A stretch of 58,534 nucleotides of DNA, taken from positions 1 through 58,534 of the IMG/VR virus record IMGVR_UViG_3300017763_000017, one strand, 5' to 3'. This DNA is from a virus (lineage: Duplodnaviria; Caudoviricetes). The position numbers and the translations under genes are program-made. This document shows positions 49,840 to 58,187 of the stretch, piece by piece; positions within the stretch are counted from its first letter, which is position 1; each line of letters opens with the position of its first letter. Below the pieces are notes generated by a model, which had not been told where the DNA came from, made no database searches, and saw only the letters and a list, made by a program, of their open reading frames with translations.

Positions 49840-52332
49840 TTATGATCTATTATCTCCAATAGGACAATCTGATGTTGTGTTACAATCACCATCTTGTGCG
49901 TTAGTTGCATTAAAATAGTAAACGGTTTTAATATCAGGACTGTTTATATTTATTCCATATAAAGGTAAATCTTTGGTTTTTATTGCCTGTATTTTTACTA
50001 CATGACCCATAGGAATTTCCAGACACTGAACCCCGGTCTGTGCATTTCCGTTATCATCGGTATTTAATCTTTGATAAGAGCCAACCGGCATCGAAGCAAA
50101 ACCAAGGGGATAATCTGTATGTTCTTTATTTGCATTTATTCCGGGACCAATCAAAATATCAACTTCTGCGCTAACTCCCGGAAGGTTTCCACCTGCACTG
50201 TTAAAATCTTGGTAGTGTAAAACAGAACCACCGCAAGTACCCGCAATATCTGGATACGTAAAATCATTATAAGTTGCACGATTTAAAACTTCATTTAGAT
50301 TATATGCACCTGAATAATCTGTAGTTGAACCTCTAGCACCATTTGGTTTTTCTACAACCAAAAATGGAGACCACTCGTCATTGTGGAAAGCAAGAGTAAC
50401 ACCAGAAGTAGTTCCTTCTATGTCACACTGTAAATATGTCTCCAATACTCGAGTTACAGAATTTTCATTTTCAAACGTTATTCCGCAAGTTGTACCTTGA
50501 ATTCGTATTTCACCCGACAGATCCCCAACCGTAAATGGAGTATCCACCTCCACACCATATTTCGATATTGTTAGATTATCCCAGTTAGATCCTGCCGTAA
50601 GTTCTATTCTATTTAAATCCTCCACACTTAAAGAATAATCTGCTGTTGGTCCAGTAGCACCTGCAAAATTAGCCAACTCTACCTTTGGAATAAATATAAC
50701 TTCATTCCAAGAATATCTCCATATATTTCTACCCACCAAACGAGTGTCTTTAACAACTGCCATAAATCCAGAATCTTCTACTTGTGGTGAGGTACAGCAA
50801 ACTGAATATTTGTAAATATTCCATTGTTCTTTATATGCTAATTTATCTCTATATTCTTTCTTTGCTTTGAATGTTGGAAGTTTGATTTCGTTTACTATTT
50901 TCTTAAGTGGTTCTCCGTCTAGATCCATACAATCAAACATTGCTTGCCATTTATTTGTCTCATAAGCATTAAAATGTGATAGATTGTCCGGTAAATCTCC
51001 ACTAGGACCCGATACACCAGAAACTACACTAAACAGTCCCTCTCCCCCTTCTCCGTCCTCTGAGGAGTCTCCAGAAGGACCAGAAGGACCAGAAGCAGCG
51101 ATTCGTTCATTCCCCATGAGCAACACAGATCTAATTTTGTCCTGATCGTTAAAAGCTCTGTCTGACTGATATCCAAAAAGAACATCATTCGCAGATAACT
51201 CATCGTTTTCTAGATCTTCCAACTGTTCTTTTGTAACGAACGGGAACGGATCACCATCTTCCACACCGTATAGTTTGTTAAATACATCTTTATAATTATA
51301 TACTACCTTTTCTTTGGTAAACTTTTCTCTGTCATCCATTAGTCTTGCATACGGAGATGAATAGTAGTCTGGTTCATATCTGTAATAATAAGAGTAGAGA
51401 GCACCATTAGAAAGACTTGAACTAAAAGAAAAATCGCTAATGACATCAAATCTATAAATTCTATTCTTACCGATCATATTACTGTCGAGTGAAAACGTTT
51501 TATACGTTTCATTTTGCTTTGATTCATATGCAAGAAGATCTATAGATTTAAAGTGGAAACCGTCTATGTCTTGCCAGAAGCAATAGTTTACTGCATTTGG
51601 GTTAGTACCACTGACGGCATAATCTTTGCAGTAATTTAACATCTGGAGTGTGTTCATTCCTTCCACTTGTTTTCTGTGTGGTAATGATATAAAGTGTGGT
51701 TTTATCCAGACATCATTCAAGGTTGCTTCGCTGTCGATTCCATTATCCAACGATTCTGCGATGACCTCCACTAAGCCTCGCTGATCTATACCACCAGAAG
51801 CACCATCAGAATCTTCTTCCGATTCACCACCAGAAGCATCTCCCGAAGAACCGTCTAAAGTAATCCCACTGCAAATTTTTCCTATGAATCCGGAGGGAAG
51901 AAGATCTGGCGTTTCGAATAGTTTTTTTGCATCGGTGCTGCAGAATTGAATTGTGACCTTTCGTGTTGTGAAACCTTCAGGTGTTTTATTTGTTTCTGAA
52001 AAATTAGAGGAATCCTGAAAAGATACAACAGAAAACTTTGGTAATTGAATAGACTCAGATTTTGTAGTTTCAGTATCTGGAGTTTTCATGGTTATAAGTA
52101 ATGTTTCGTTTCCGACCAATTGCATAAATTCGTAGTCACCCTGAGTTCCATCAAACACCAGACTACCATCCATCATTGGTGATGAAAGAGACTCAGTAAA
52201 AACTATGTAATCTAACGATAGTTTACCATCTGCATATGCTGTGGTTAAATCTATAATTGGTTCGTCATTCTCATCTAGAATCAAAACCGACTGAATTTCA
52301 ACTTCGTTGTGGTATGCTTGATATGACATCAT
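49840..52332 (-). CDS. Large baseplate hub-like protein (gp27-like N-terminal part plus insertions)
   Basis: ESL.SP.M.G.L, L.GNE.L.I, Y.FWQD.DGFHFKSID.L hub motifs; follows gene 53. Confidence 0.65.
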   Translation of the reverse strand: MMSYQAYHNEVEIQSVLILDENDEPIIDLTTAYADGKLSLDYIVFTESLSSPMMDGSLVFDGTQGDYEFMQLVGNETLLITMKTPDTETTKSESIQLPKFSVVSFQDSSNFSETNKTPEGFTTRKVTIQFCSTDAKKLFETPDLLPSGFIGKICSGITLDGSSGDASGGESEEDSDGASGGIDQRGLVEVIAESLDNGIDSEATLNDVWIKPHFISLPHRKQVEGMNTLQMLNYCKDYAVSGTNPNAVNYCFWQDIDGFHFKSIDLLAYESKQNETYKTFSLDSNMIGKNRIYRFDVISDFSFSSSLSNGALYSYYYRYEPDYYSSPYARLMDDREKFTKEKVVYNYKDVFNKLYGVEDGDPFPFVTKEQLEDLENDELSANDVLFGYQSDRAFNDQDKIRSVLLMGNERIAASGPSGPSGDSSEDGEGGEGLFSVVSGVSGPSGDLPDNLSHFNAYETNKWQAMFDCMDLDGEPLKKIVNEIKLPTFKAKKEYRDKLAYKEQWNIYKYSVCCTSPQVEDSGFMAVVKDTRLVGRNIWRYSWNEVIFIPKVELANFAGATGPTADYSLSVEDLNRIELTAGSNWDNLTISKYGVEVDTPFTVGDLSGEIRIQGTTCGITFENENSVTRVLETYLQCDIEGTTSGVTLAFHNDEWSPFLVVEKPNGARGSTTDYSGAYNLNEVLNRATYNDFTYPDIAGTCGGSVLHYQDFNSAGGNLPGVSAEVDILIGPGINANKEHTDYPLGFASMPVGSYQRLNTDDNGNAQTGVQCLEIPMGHVVKIQAIKTKDLPLYGININSPDIKTVYYFNATNAQDGDCNTTSDCPIGDNRS

Positions 52333-53219
52333 GTAACTCTAATAATTTGTCCTCGCTCTATATTCTGAGCAATAAGTTTAGTTAAAAATGAACTTAATTT
52401 GAATGCTAAACCAGTGCTCGTGAAATATATGTTTTTATATTCTGCACTTTCGTTTAGTTTCTGGTCTAATAAAGTTTCAAATCTATAATCATCTAAATTT
52501 AAATTATCTGCAGCCAAAGAAACACCTATTGTTCCTGATGGTACATCGGTAAAATCAAAACTTTCTCCACCTATAGTCATATATGGACTTACCTCAGAAC
52601 CTTCTATTCCAGTTCCAAGTATCTTTACTACCTTACTAACCTCGTCCTCTTTTCTTCCGAGATTGTATTTTGTGTTTGATATAGTATCAAATCCATCATT
52701 AGTCTTTTTGTAAATTTCTATTGTTGGATTTGCTGATGGATCCGATGAATTATCGACATTTTCTTCTTCCGACACTAGTATAATTCTTCTAAAGATAGGA
52801 TCATATTCCTTTACAATACCACCATATTTCCAATCGCCTTCTGCACTTATGATGATTAAATCACCGGCATCAATTTCAGTAGAAGAAATCTGTTTTGCAC
52901 CAAGAACATAATATACCTTACCAGTATATGTTTCTGTTATAGTTCTTTGCTCTATGCTTTGACTTTTTGGTATTTTTCTAAATGAATCAATACCATTGAG
53001 TATTGGTGTAATCCAATATAAACTTGTATTACTAGAGTAGTTTGTATATGCAAGATATTCTAAACGTTTGACTTGATCGTAAAAAACTGATTTAGTCGAA
53101 TTACTATTTTTTAAATTTGAAGAAAACACAAAAGATTTAAGTATATTCACAGACTCCAACTCAAGAGTGCTTCCAGCGATTTTAAATTTAGTTTTTGGTA
53201 GTGACTTTATGTAAGACAT
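52329..53219 (-). CDS. 53: Baseplate wedge protein gp53-like
   Basis: MSY...LP, R.E.LAY..Y....LYWI...N.I LysM-like motif, E..NE-like tail; follows 48. Confidence 0.7.
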   Translation of the reverse strand: MSYIKSLPKTKFKIAGSTLELESVNILKSFVFSSNLKNSNSTKSVFYDQVKRLEYLAYTNYSSNTSLYWITPILNGIDSFRKIPKSQSIEQRTITETYTGKVYYVLGAKQISSTEIDAGDLIIISAEGDWKYGGIVKEYDPIFRRIILVSEEENVDNSSDPSANPTIEIYKKTNDGFDTISNTKYNLGRKEDEVSKVVKILGTGIEGSEVSPYMTIGGESFDFTDVPSGTIGVSLAADNLNLDDYRFETLLDQKLNESAEYKNIYFTSTGLAFKLSSFLTKLIAQNIERGQIIRVT

Positions 53220-53220
53220 A

Positions 53221-54225
53221 TTATCCCTCATCTTCCTGTGCTAAATTGTAAACCTCAGAACGACAAAGCAATCTAGGAGCAGTGATCTCTCCGTATGAAG
53301 CTTCTTGTTGTGAGCCTCCAACATCAACTCTAACGACAGGTTCAATCTCTTTGTAAGATAATGTAAGTTGTGTTCTTAGTGGATAAGTATTTCCGTTATT
53401 GTCTAATGCAACGGATGTTGTATCGTGAACTGCAGTTACGTTGTATAGAACCAGTAACTTAGGTTGACCCAAATATGCGAGTGGTGCAGACTGTGGCGGA
53501 ATTGTAACTCCACCATCTTCTCCTACGACTGCATGGTCCATTCTCCAAATTGGTGGTGTTGCAATCAAGTCTCTATTGGAAATTGAGTCTTCAAAAGATT
53601 TAGGGAATGAATATGCTTCCAATTGAGCGATCATGTTTAAAACACCGTTCTCACCATAGATATCGGCTGCAGATTTTGCAACAAAATCATATGCGAGTGT
53701 ATAGTTTCTTTCGACGGAACCTGTATAGAATAGTTCTTGATTTGACATACCAATCGCAGGTTGGTCTGTAGCCATACTAGCCTGACTCCGAAGCATGTCT
53801 ACGGCACCGAGAGCACCAGTAACCAGTTTATTTCCTGCGTTTGCTGCAACACCGGTTGCCATTGCACCAAGAGTTGAAGCTCCGTCTACACCTGCACCTT
53901 GTTGTGCAAGGCCCTTCTTTGCTGCACCTATCAACCCCTGAAGTTTATTATCCAACGAAGGGAACCCTGTACTTCTTTTACCCGAAGGAGAAGATAGTTT
54001 TTGTAGAGAATACGCAAAGCTAGTTTCTACTTGAGTATAATTGTGTGTAGTAATTCTACTTAACTGCTGAGGCATGGGAACAAACCACGTATCCAGTTTG
54101 GTATCACTACCTTTACCACCAGCAATTGCTGCTCTGGAGTCCAGTGTATTTGCCTGATATGCACTAAGTGCAATATAATCTGAAAAGCTGTCTCTTCTTG
54201 TGTCTTGAGATAGTATTGTTGGCAT
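53221..54225 (-). CDS. 48: Baseplate tail-tube cap gp48-like
   Basis: PMP..L.....NY, N.EL.Y.G...R.Y...YDF..KS, P.IW, P..TQLTLSYKE.E. Confidence 0.75.
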   Translation of the reverse strand: MPTILSQDTRRDSFSDYIALSAYQANTLDSRAAIAGGKGSDTKLDTWFVPMPQQLSRITTHNYTQVETSFAYSLQKLSSPSGKRSTGFPSLDNKLQGLIGAAKKGLAQQGAGVDGASTLGAMATGVAANAGNKLVTGALGAVDMLRSQASMATDQPAIGMSNQELFYTGSVERNYTLAYDFVAKSAADIYGENGVLNMIAQLEAYSFPKSFEDSISNRDLIATPPIWRMDHAVVGEDGGVTIPPQSAPLAYLGQPKLLVLYNVTAVHDTTSVALDNNGNTYPLRTQLTLSYKEIEPVVRVDVGGSQQEASYGEITAPRLLCRSEVYNLAQEDEG

Positions 54226-54241
54226 ATTTTCTCCCTATGTC

Positions 54242-54249
54242 TATATATA
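54242..54249. promoter_or_regulatory. Palindromic TATATATA, candidate bidirectional late promoter for genes 48 and 4
   Basis: One mismatch to TATAAATA on both strands in a 27-bp divergent gap. Confidence 0.5.
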
Positions 54250-54252
54250 CCG

Positions 54253-54684
54253 ATGGCATATAAATCCAGATATAAACCAAATAACCCAAGCAAGTACGTC
54301 GGTGACGTAGATAAGATAGTTTGTAGGTCTACTTGGGAAAGAAAAATGTGCAAATTTCTGGATCTCAATGAAAACGTAATCTCATGGGCGTCAGAAGAAT
54401 TAGCAATCCCCTATTTTTCTCCGGTCGATGATAAATGGCATCGATACTATCCAGATTTCATGTGTAAAATCAAAAACAAAACCGGGTCCATAGACAAACT
54501 GATCATAGAAGTCAAACCGGAAAAGCAAACAAAACCACCCAAGTCTAAAAAACAAACAAGAAATTATTTGAGAGAGATGAAAACTTTTGCCATAAATACC
54601 TATAAGTGGGAAGCAGCAGAAAAATTCTGCCAAGAAAATGGTTGGGTCTTTAAAATCTTAACAGAAAAGGATCTCTTCAAATGA
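54253..54684 (+). CDS. 4: Head completion nuclease gp4 (TnsA-like)
   Basis: Y.P.NP.KY.GD...I..RS.WE, W.SEE..IPY.SP.D...HRY.PDF, IEVKP..QT..P, N..KW.AA, F.ILTE. Confidence 0.95.
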   Translation: MAYKSRYKPNNPSKYVGDVDKIVCRSTWERKMCKFLDLNENVISWASEELAIPYFSPVDDKWHRYYPDFMCKIKNKTGSIDKLIIEVKPEKQTKPPKSKKQTRNYLREMKTFAINTYKWEAAEKFCQENGWVFKILTEKDLFK

Positions 54685-55292
54685 ATCTATCCACAATAAA
54701 GAACAAGTTCTTTAACTATGATCGCGTACTCAGACAGAATCGTTTTTCTGTGGATATGTCGTTTGTTAGTCCTGTTGATGGCGGCGGCGTTTTTGCTGCA
54801 GGAGAACCTGCAGTTCTTGTTTCATCGCCAACAGTAAACCTGATGATGGCACCATTTGAGTTTCAAAATGTTCCTATCAATATACCAGTAAAAAGAGAAC
54901 CACAGCAAGATTTGTTAATTCGTTTTTATGCAGTAGAAAGTTTGGATATATACACCCAACTCCTAACATTGATCAAACAATATGGTGGTGAGCCAACTGT
55001 AGCGAATGCAAGACCGACTGCTTACGCACCCGGCACTTTTTATAATGACACCATAAGAAATAACAGAATTTTAGTTAGAATGATCACATCCGATGGTAGA
55101 CCGGGTGGTATTAACCCACAGTCAGACGGAGCGGTAAATTACATACAGTATGCTGATGCATATCCACACTTTATACAGCCGATAAATTTCAGTTCGGAAT
55201 CTGATTCACAACCACTTACATTCGACGTACTATTTAAATATGCATACAACTTTACCAGATACGAGGCTCAACTCGGCGGTACTAACTTTTGA
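54681..55292 (+). CDS. Tube-like baseplate protein (gp54-like tube initiator)
   Basis: R.NRF.V, AYP..IQ.I.F.......TFDV.F.Y tube-fold motifs; between 4 and 26. Confidence 0.6.
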   Translation: MNLSTIKNKFFNYDRVLRQNRFSVDMSFVSPVDGGGVFAAGEPAVLVSSPTVNLMMAPFEFQNVPINIPVKREPQQDLLIRFYAVESLDIYTQLLTLIKQYGGEPTVANARPTAYAPGTFYNDTIRNNRILVRMITSDGRPGGINPQSDGAVNYIQYADAYPHFIQPINFSSESDSQPLTFDVLFKYAYNFTRYEAQLGGTNF

Positions 55293-55304
55293 GTGAGATA
55301 ATAA

Positions 55305-56036
55305 ATGATACATGAAATAATAAAGAAAAGTATCCCAGAATATACATGTAAACTTCCCATTAGTAAAAAAGAAATAAAGATACGTCCCCTTCTAGTGAAG
55401 GAAGAGAAGTTTATAACCCAAATAAATGAATTATCAGAATCACTCTCTGATAAGTTGTACTCGCTAACGCAGTTAGTAAACTCTTGTTGTGAAAACAAAA
55501 TAGATTCTATGAAAATTTCTATGTTTGATTTCCAATACCTATTGGTTGATATTAGAAAACGATCAATAACAGAAGAAACCAAGATGAAAATCCAGTGTCC
55601 ATACACAGAAGAACCTGTGGTAGTTACTATAAATTTTAATGAATTGCTTGCTAATGCAAATACTGGTAAAAAGACAAAGCAAGTAAAAATTAATGATACT
55701 ACATTACTAAAACTACGAGCGCCTAATGTAAATGATGCACTATCTGTAGGTGGTAATATATCAACCGATGATGATATTATGAATTTAATTGCACAAGTAT
55801 TAACTGATCTAGAAACAGAACACAAATCAATAGATTTGAAGGCAGAACCTATAAATGAAAAATTACAAATTATAGAATCGTTACCTAGAACCACATACAC
55901 AGAATTAAAAGAATTTGTACTCACCAGTTTTTTCATACTAAATTTGAAGTATCAAACATCAGATTCTATCGAAAGGACGGTGAAAGTTTCTGACTTTGCA
56001 AATTTTTTAAGGTTTTATTCGGATACGCTGACTTAG
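55305..56036 (+). CDS. 26: Baseplate hub assembly chaperone gp26
   Basis: P.Y...LP.SK..IK.RP.LVKEEK, FD.QYL...IR.RS..E, CP, L.LR.P. Confidence 0.9.
   Translation: MIHEIIKKSIPEYTCKLPISKKEIKIRPLLVKEEKFITQINELSESLSDKLYSLTQLVNSCCENKIDSMKISMFDFQYLLVDIRKRSITEETKMKIQCPYTEEPVVVTINFNELLANANTGKKTKQVKINDTTLLKLRAPNVNDALSVGGNISTDDDIMNLIAQVLTDLETEHKSIDLKAEPINEKLQIIESLPRTTYTELKEFVLTSFFILNLKYQTSDSIERTVKVSDFANFLRFYSDTLT
56000..56009 (+). promoter_or_regulatory. Candidate -1 programmed ribosomal frameshift site (A AAT TTT TTA)
   Basis: Two overlapping X XXY YYZ heptamers in the gp26 frame; -1 frame open to 56200. Confidence 0.7.
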
Positions 56037-56053
56037 TTAAGGTATTGCAGCTT

Positions 56054-56200
56054 ATGTTTAAAATGACAGAAAATACCAAACTGAATCTACATGAGATAGA
56101 AAACATGATCATATGGGAACGTGATGTTTACGTCACCATGATGAACATGGAAATAGAAAAGAAAAACGAAGAAATTAGAGAAAGAAGATTAACCTCATGA
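56054..56200 (+). CDS. 51: gp51-like hub assembly protein (not in ORF track; probably made as a gp26 frameshift extension)
   Basis: MFKMTENTKLNLHEIENMIIWERDVYVTMMNMEIEKKNEEIRERRLTS; EIENMI.WERD.Y is the gp51 signature. Confidence 0.8.
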   Translation: MFKMTENTKLNLHEIENMIIWERDVYVTMMNMEIEKKNEEIRERRLTS

Positions 56201-56703
56201 CGGATCAAATAAAAATACTAAACGAAGCAAAAGAAACACTGTCTTTTAAAAATATTACTGATACCATGATGAAGTCTGCTCCAGCAGGAATGATGGATCA
56301 AGTTGACAGCCTTTCTGGTGGAATTAAAGATATGTTTATGCAGGAACTAGGTGGCATGGTAGATATGGAAGATACCGGTCTCAAAGATCTATTTGGTTCT
56401 ATACTACCAGAAGAAGTTAAAAATTTTCTTGGATTCGATTCAACTCCAGAACTGAAGGATGCTGAAACCCCAGATACAATGGGACCACACATGCCATCAG
56501 AAACTCAACAGAGAGTTGATGTTCAAAATCAACAAGCAGCAGATGCTTCAAGTAGATCAATTAATAACCCCTCGGCAGAAAACCAAGGGGTCATTAAGGA
56601 CATGTCTAAAGCGACTACACCAAATGCAGATCCAGAAAATTCTGTTTATGCAATGCAGGCTTCGATAAACTCACCACCTGCACATAGAACAAATTTCCTA
56701 TGA
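56197..56703 (+). CDS. 168-aa protein in the tape-measure (gp29) position
   Basis: ATGA overlap with gene 51; M/G-rich helical N-half (GGIKDMF..GLKDLFG..VKNFLGF) then low-complexity tail. Confidence 0.45.
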   Translation: MTDQIKILNEAKETLSFKNITDTMMKSAPAGMMDQVDSLSGGIKDMFMQELGGMVDMEDTGLKDLFGSILPEEVKNFLGFDSTPELKDAETPDTMGPHMPSETQQRVDVQNQQAADASSRSINNPSAENQGVIKDMSKATTPNADPENSVYAMQASINSPPAHRTNFL

Positions 56704-57558
56704 TTCATTTGCGAGCTTTTCGAAGTAGTCAAGAGCATCGCTCTCTTCCGAAACTTCTTCTCTCGCACTCTTTGGTTCTTCGACAGTCTCTACAGTTTCT
56801 TCGTTCTTTTCTGTAGATCGAACATCCTCACCAAGAACAGCGTCAAGACGCACCTTCAGTGCTTCATAGGTCTTGAACTGATCATCTGCAATAAACGCCT
56901 GTAGAGAATATTGCTTCTTCCAAAGATCCTCTAGGACAGAATCCTGTCCGTCGAATAGAGCATCGGGAGAATCAAACTCCGACTTGTCGTAGTTGATATA
57001 ACCAGCAACCTTACGAACCTTGAGCTTGAAGTCAGCACCTTCCCAGAAATCAAACGGGTTGATTGCCTTTTCATCTTCAAACTCCGGAGACATGGATTCG
57101 TTGATCTTATCGAAGATCTTCTTACCATACTTGTAGAGAAAGTTCTTTCCTTCGTTCTGAGGATTGGCAGGATCACTGATCACCAGAATGTTGGAGATGT
57201 ACTGCATCTTACGCTTACGAGCACGAGCGATGTCCTTGTCTGAATCTAGACCAGACGACCAGAGCTTGTTGTTGGTCTCACACAGAGGACATTTGCCACC
57301 GATAGTGGTAGGGCAGTTCTCGATGAACCAACCACCCGGACCCTGAAATGCATGTGAGTAGAGCTTCACAAAGGGAAGATCTTCCTGTCCAAACGCAGGG
57401 AGGAATCGAATAACGGCATATCCGTTGCTCGACTTATCCAGTTCGGGTCGCCAAAATCGATCGTCCTTATATGAGTTCTTAGACTCAGACTTTTCGATCT
57501 TCTCCTGAAGACTCTTGGTGCTACTACCTGACTTCTTCTTCATGTCTGCAAAATTCAT
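56698..57558 (-). CDS. 32: Single-stranded DNA-binding protein gp32
   Basis: DDRFW.PELDK..NGYAVIRFLP, HAFQGPGGW.IEN..TT.G..CP.CE, YGKKIFDKI, PFD.WEGA.FKLK, NYDKSEF, YF.KLA. Confidence 0.98.
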   Translation of the reverse strand: MNFADMKKKSGSSTKSLQEKIEKSESKNSYKDDRFWRPELDKSSNGYAVIRFLPAFGQEDLPFVKLYSHAFQGPGGWFIENCPTTIGGKCPLCETNNKLWSSGLDSDKDIARARKRKMQYISNILVISDPANPQNEGKNFLYKYGKKIFDKINESMSPEFEDEKAINPFDFWEGADFKLKVRKVAGYINYDKSEFDSPDALFDGQDSVLEDLWKKQYSLQAFIADDQFKTYEALKVRLDAVLGEDVRSTEKNEETVETVEEPKSAREEVSEESDALDYFEKLANES

Positions 57559-57571
57559 ATTTTGCCTTTCC

Positions 57572-57623
57572 CCGAGGAACTACCTCGGTACGAGTAGATA
57601 TCGGGACCATCCCGATACGAGTA
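57572..57623 (-). promoter_or_regulatory. Structured gene 32 leader: two hairpins each flanked by TACGAGTA
   Basis: CCGAGG-aacta-CCTCGG 57572-57588; TATCGGGA-cca-TCCCGATA 57599-57617; TACGAGTA at 57589-57596 and 57616-57623. Confidence 0.65.
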
Positions 57624-57650
57624 TTATAACACAAAACAACCCAGTGTCAA
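57623..57650 (-). promoter_or_regulatory. Sigma70-type early promoter for gene 32
   Basis: TTGACA-16 bp-TATAAT with extended TGn -10. Confidence 0.8.
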
Positions 57651-57865
57651 AAGGGAAGTTCGGATAATTTTGGAAGGAGATTGATTTCTTCTCCTTCTAT
57701 CTTTATCTTTTCCATAATGGGCTTTGATATAAACTTAGCACCCATTTCCGGACCAAATCCGAATCTTTCAGAAACTGCCAATACGGCATCTATATAAGAA
57801 TCTTGCGATTCCTCTACATACTTCATCACTTCAATACAAAACTTATTCTTAAAATCATTTGTCAT
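57647..57865 (-). CDS. 33: Late transcription co-activator gp33
   Basis: F..EV...V.....YIDAV.....P....K.ISK...EKIK.E....NLL; upstream of 32. Confidence 0.88.
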   Translation of the reverse strand: MTNDFKNKFCIEVMKYVEESQDSYIDAVLAVSERFGFGPEMGAKFISKPIMEKIKIEGEEINLLPKLSELPF

Positions 57866-57871
57866 ATAATA

Positions 57872-58108
57872 TCAATCTTCAAGTATTTTTTTCAAAAATC
57901 CGCGCTTTTTCTTTACAGGCTTAGGTGCCTCTGTTACTACTGGATCTGCTTTTTTCTTTACTACTTTCTTTGGTTTTGTGGTAGATCCTATCCAGACCCA
58001 CCCGCTTCGTGTCTTTTCCCATGATCCTTGATTGTTCTTTGCATGATTTGCTCTAAAGAACGGTGCTCTAGAATCATCGTTTGATAATACCCAGAATTTA
58101 CTTGCCAT
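57872..58108 (-). CDS. Small basic hypothetical early protein
   Basis: ATG at 58108 (MASKFW..) with AGGA RBS; Lys-rich C-half. Confidence 0.6.
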   Translation of the reverse strand: MASKFWVLSNDDSRAPFFRANHAKNNQGSWEKTRSGWVWIGSTTKPKKVVKKKADPVVTEAPKPVKKKRGFLKKILED

Positions 58109-58121
58109 TTTTGTCTTCCTT

Positions 58122-58150
58122 ATTCTAGCAGTGAATATAAAAAATGTCAA
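58122..58150 (-). promoter_or_regulatory. Sigma70-type early promoter
   Basis: TTGACA-17 bp-TAGAAT with extended TGn -10. Confidence 0.75.
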
Positions 58151-58187
58151 CTTTAATATATATACTAGTAATCAATCGGAGAATATC

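Noticed and set aside
54253-54684. TnsA-like nuclease as a transposon or homing endonuclease
   Set aside because: Matches core T4-like head completion protein gp4 in its usual position
55268-55936. 222-aa minus-strand ORF
   Set aside because: Antisense to the clearly recognisable gp26
57572-57623. Mini-CRISPR or terminator reading of the hairpins
   Set aside because: Only an 8-bp repeat, no spacers or cas genes, and no U-tract after either stem
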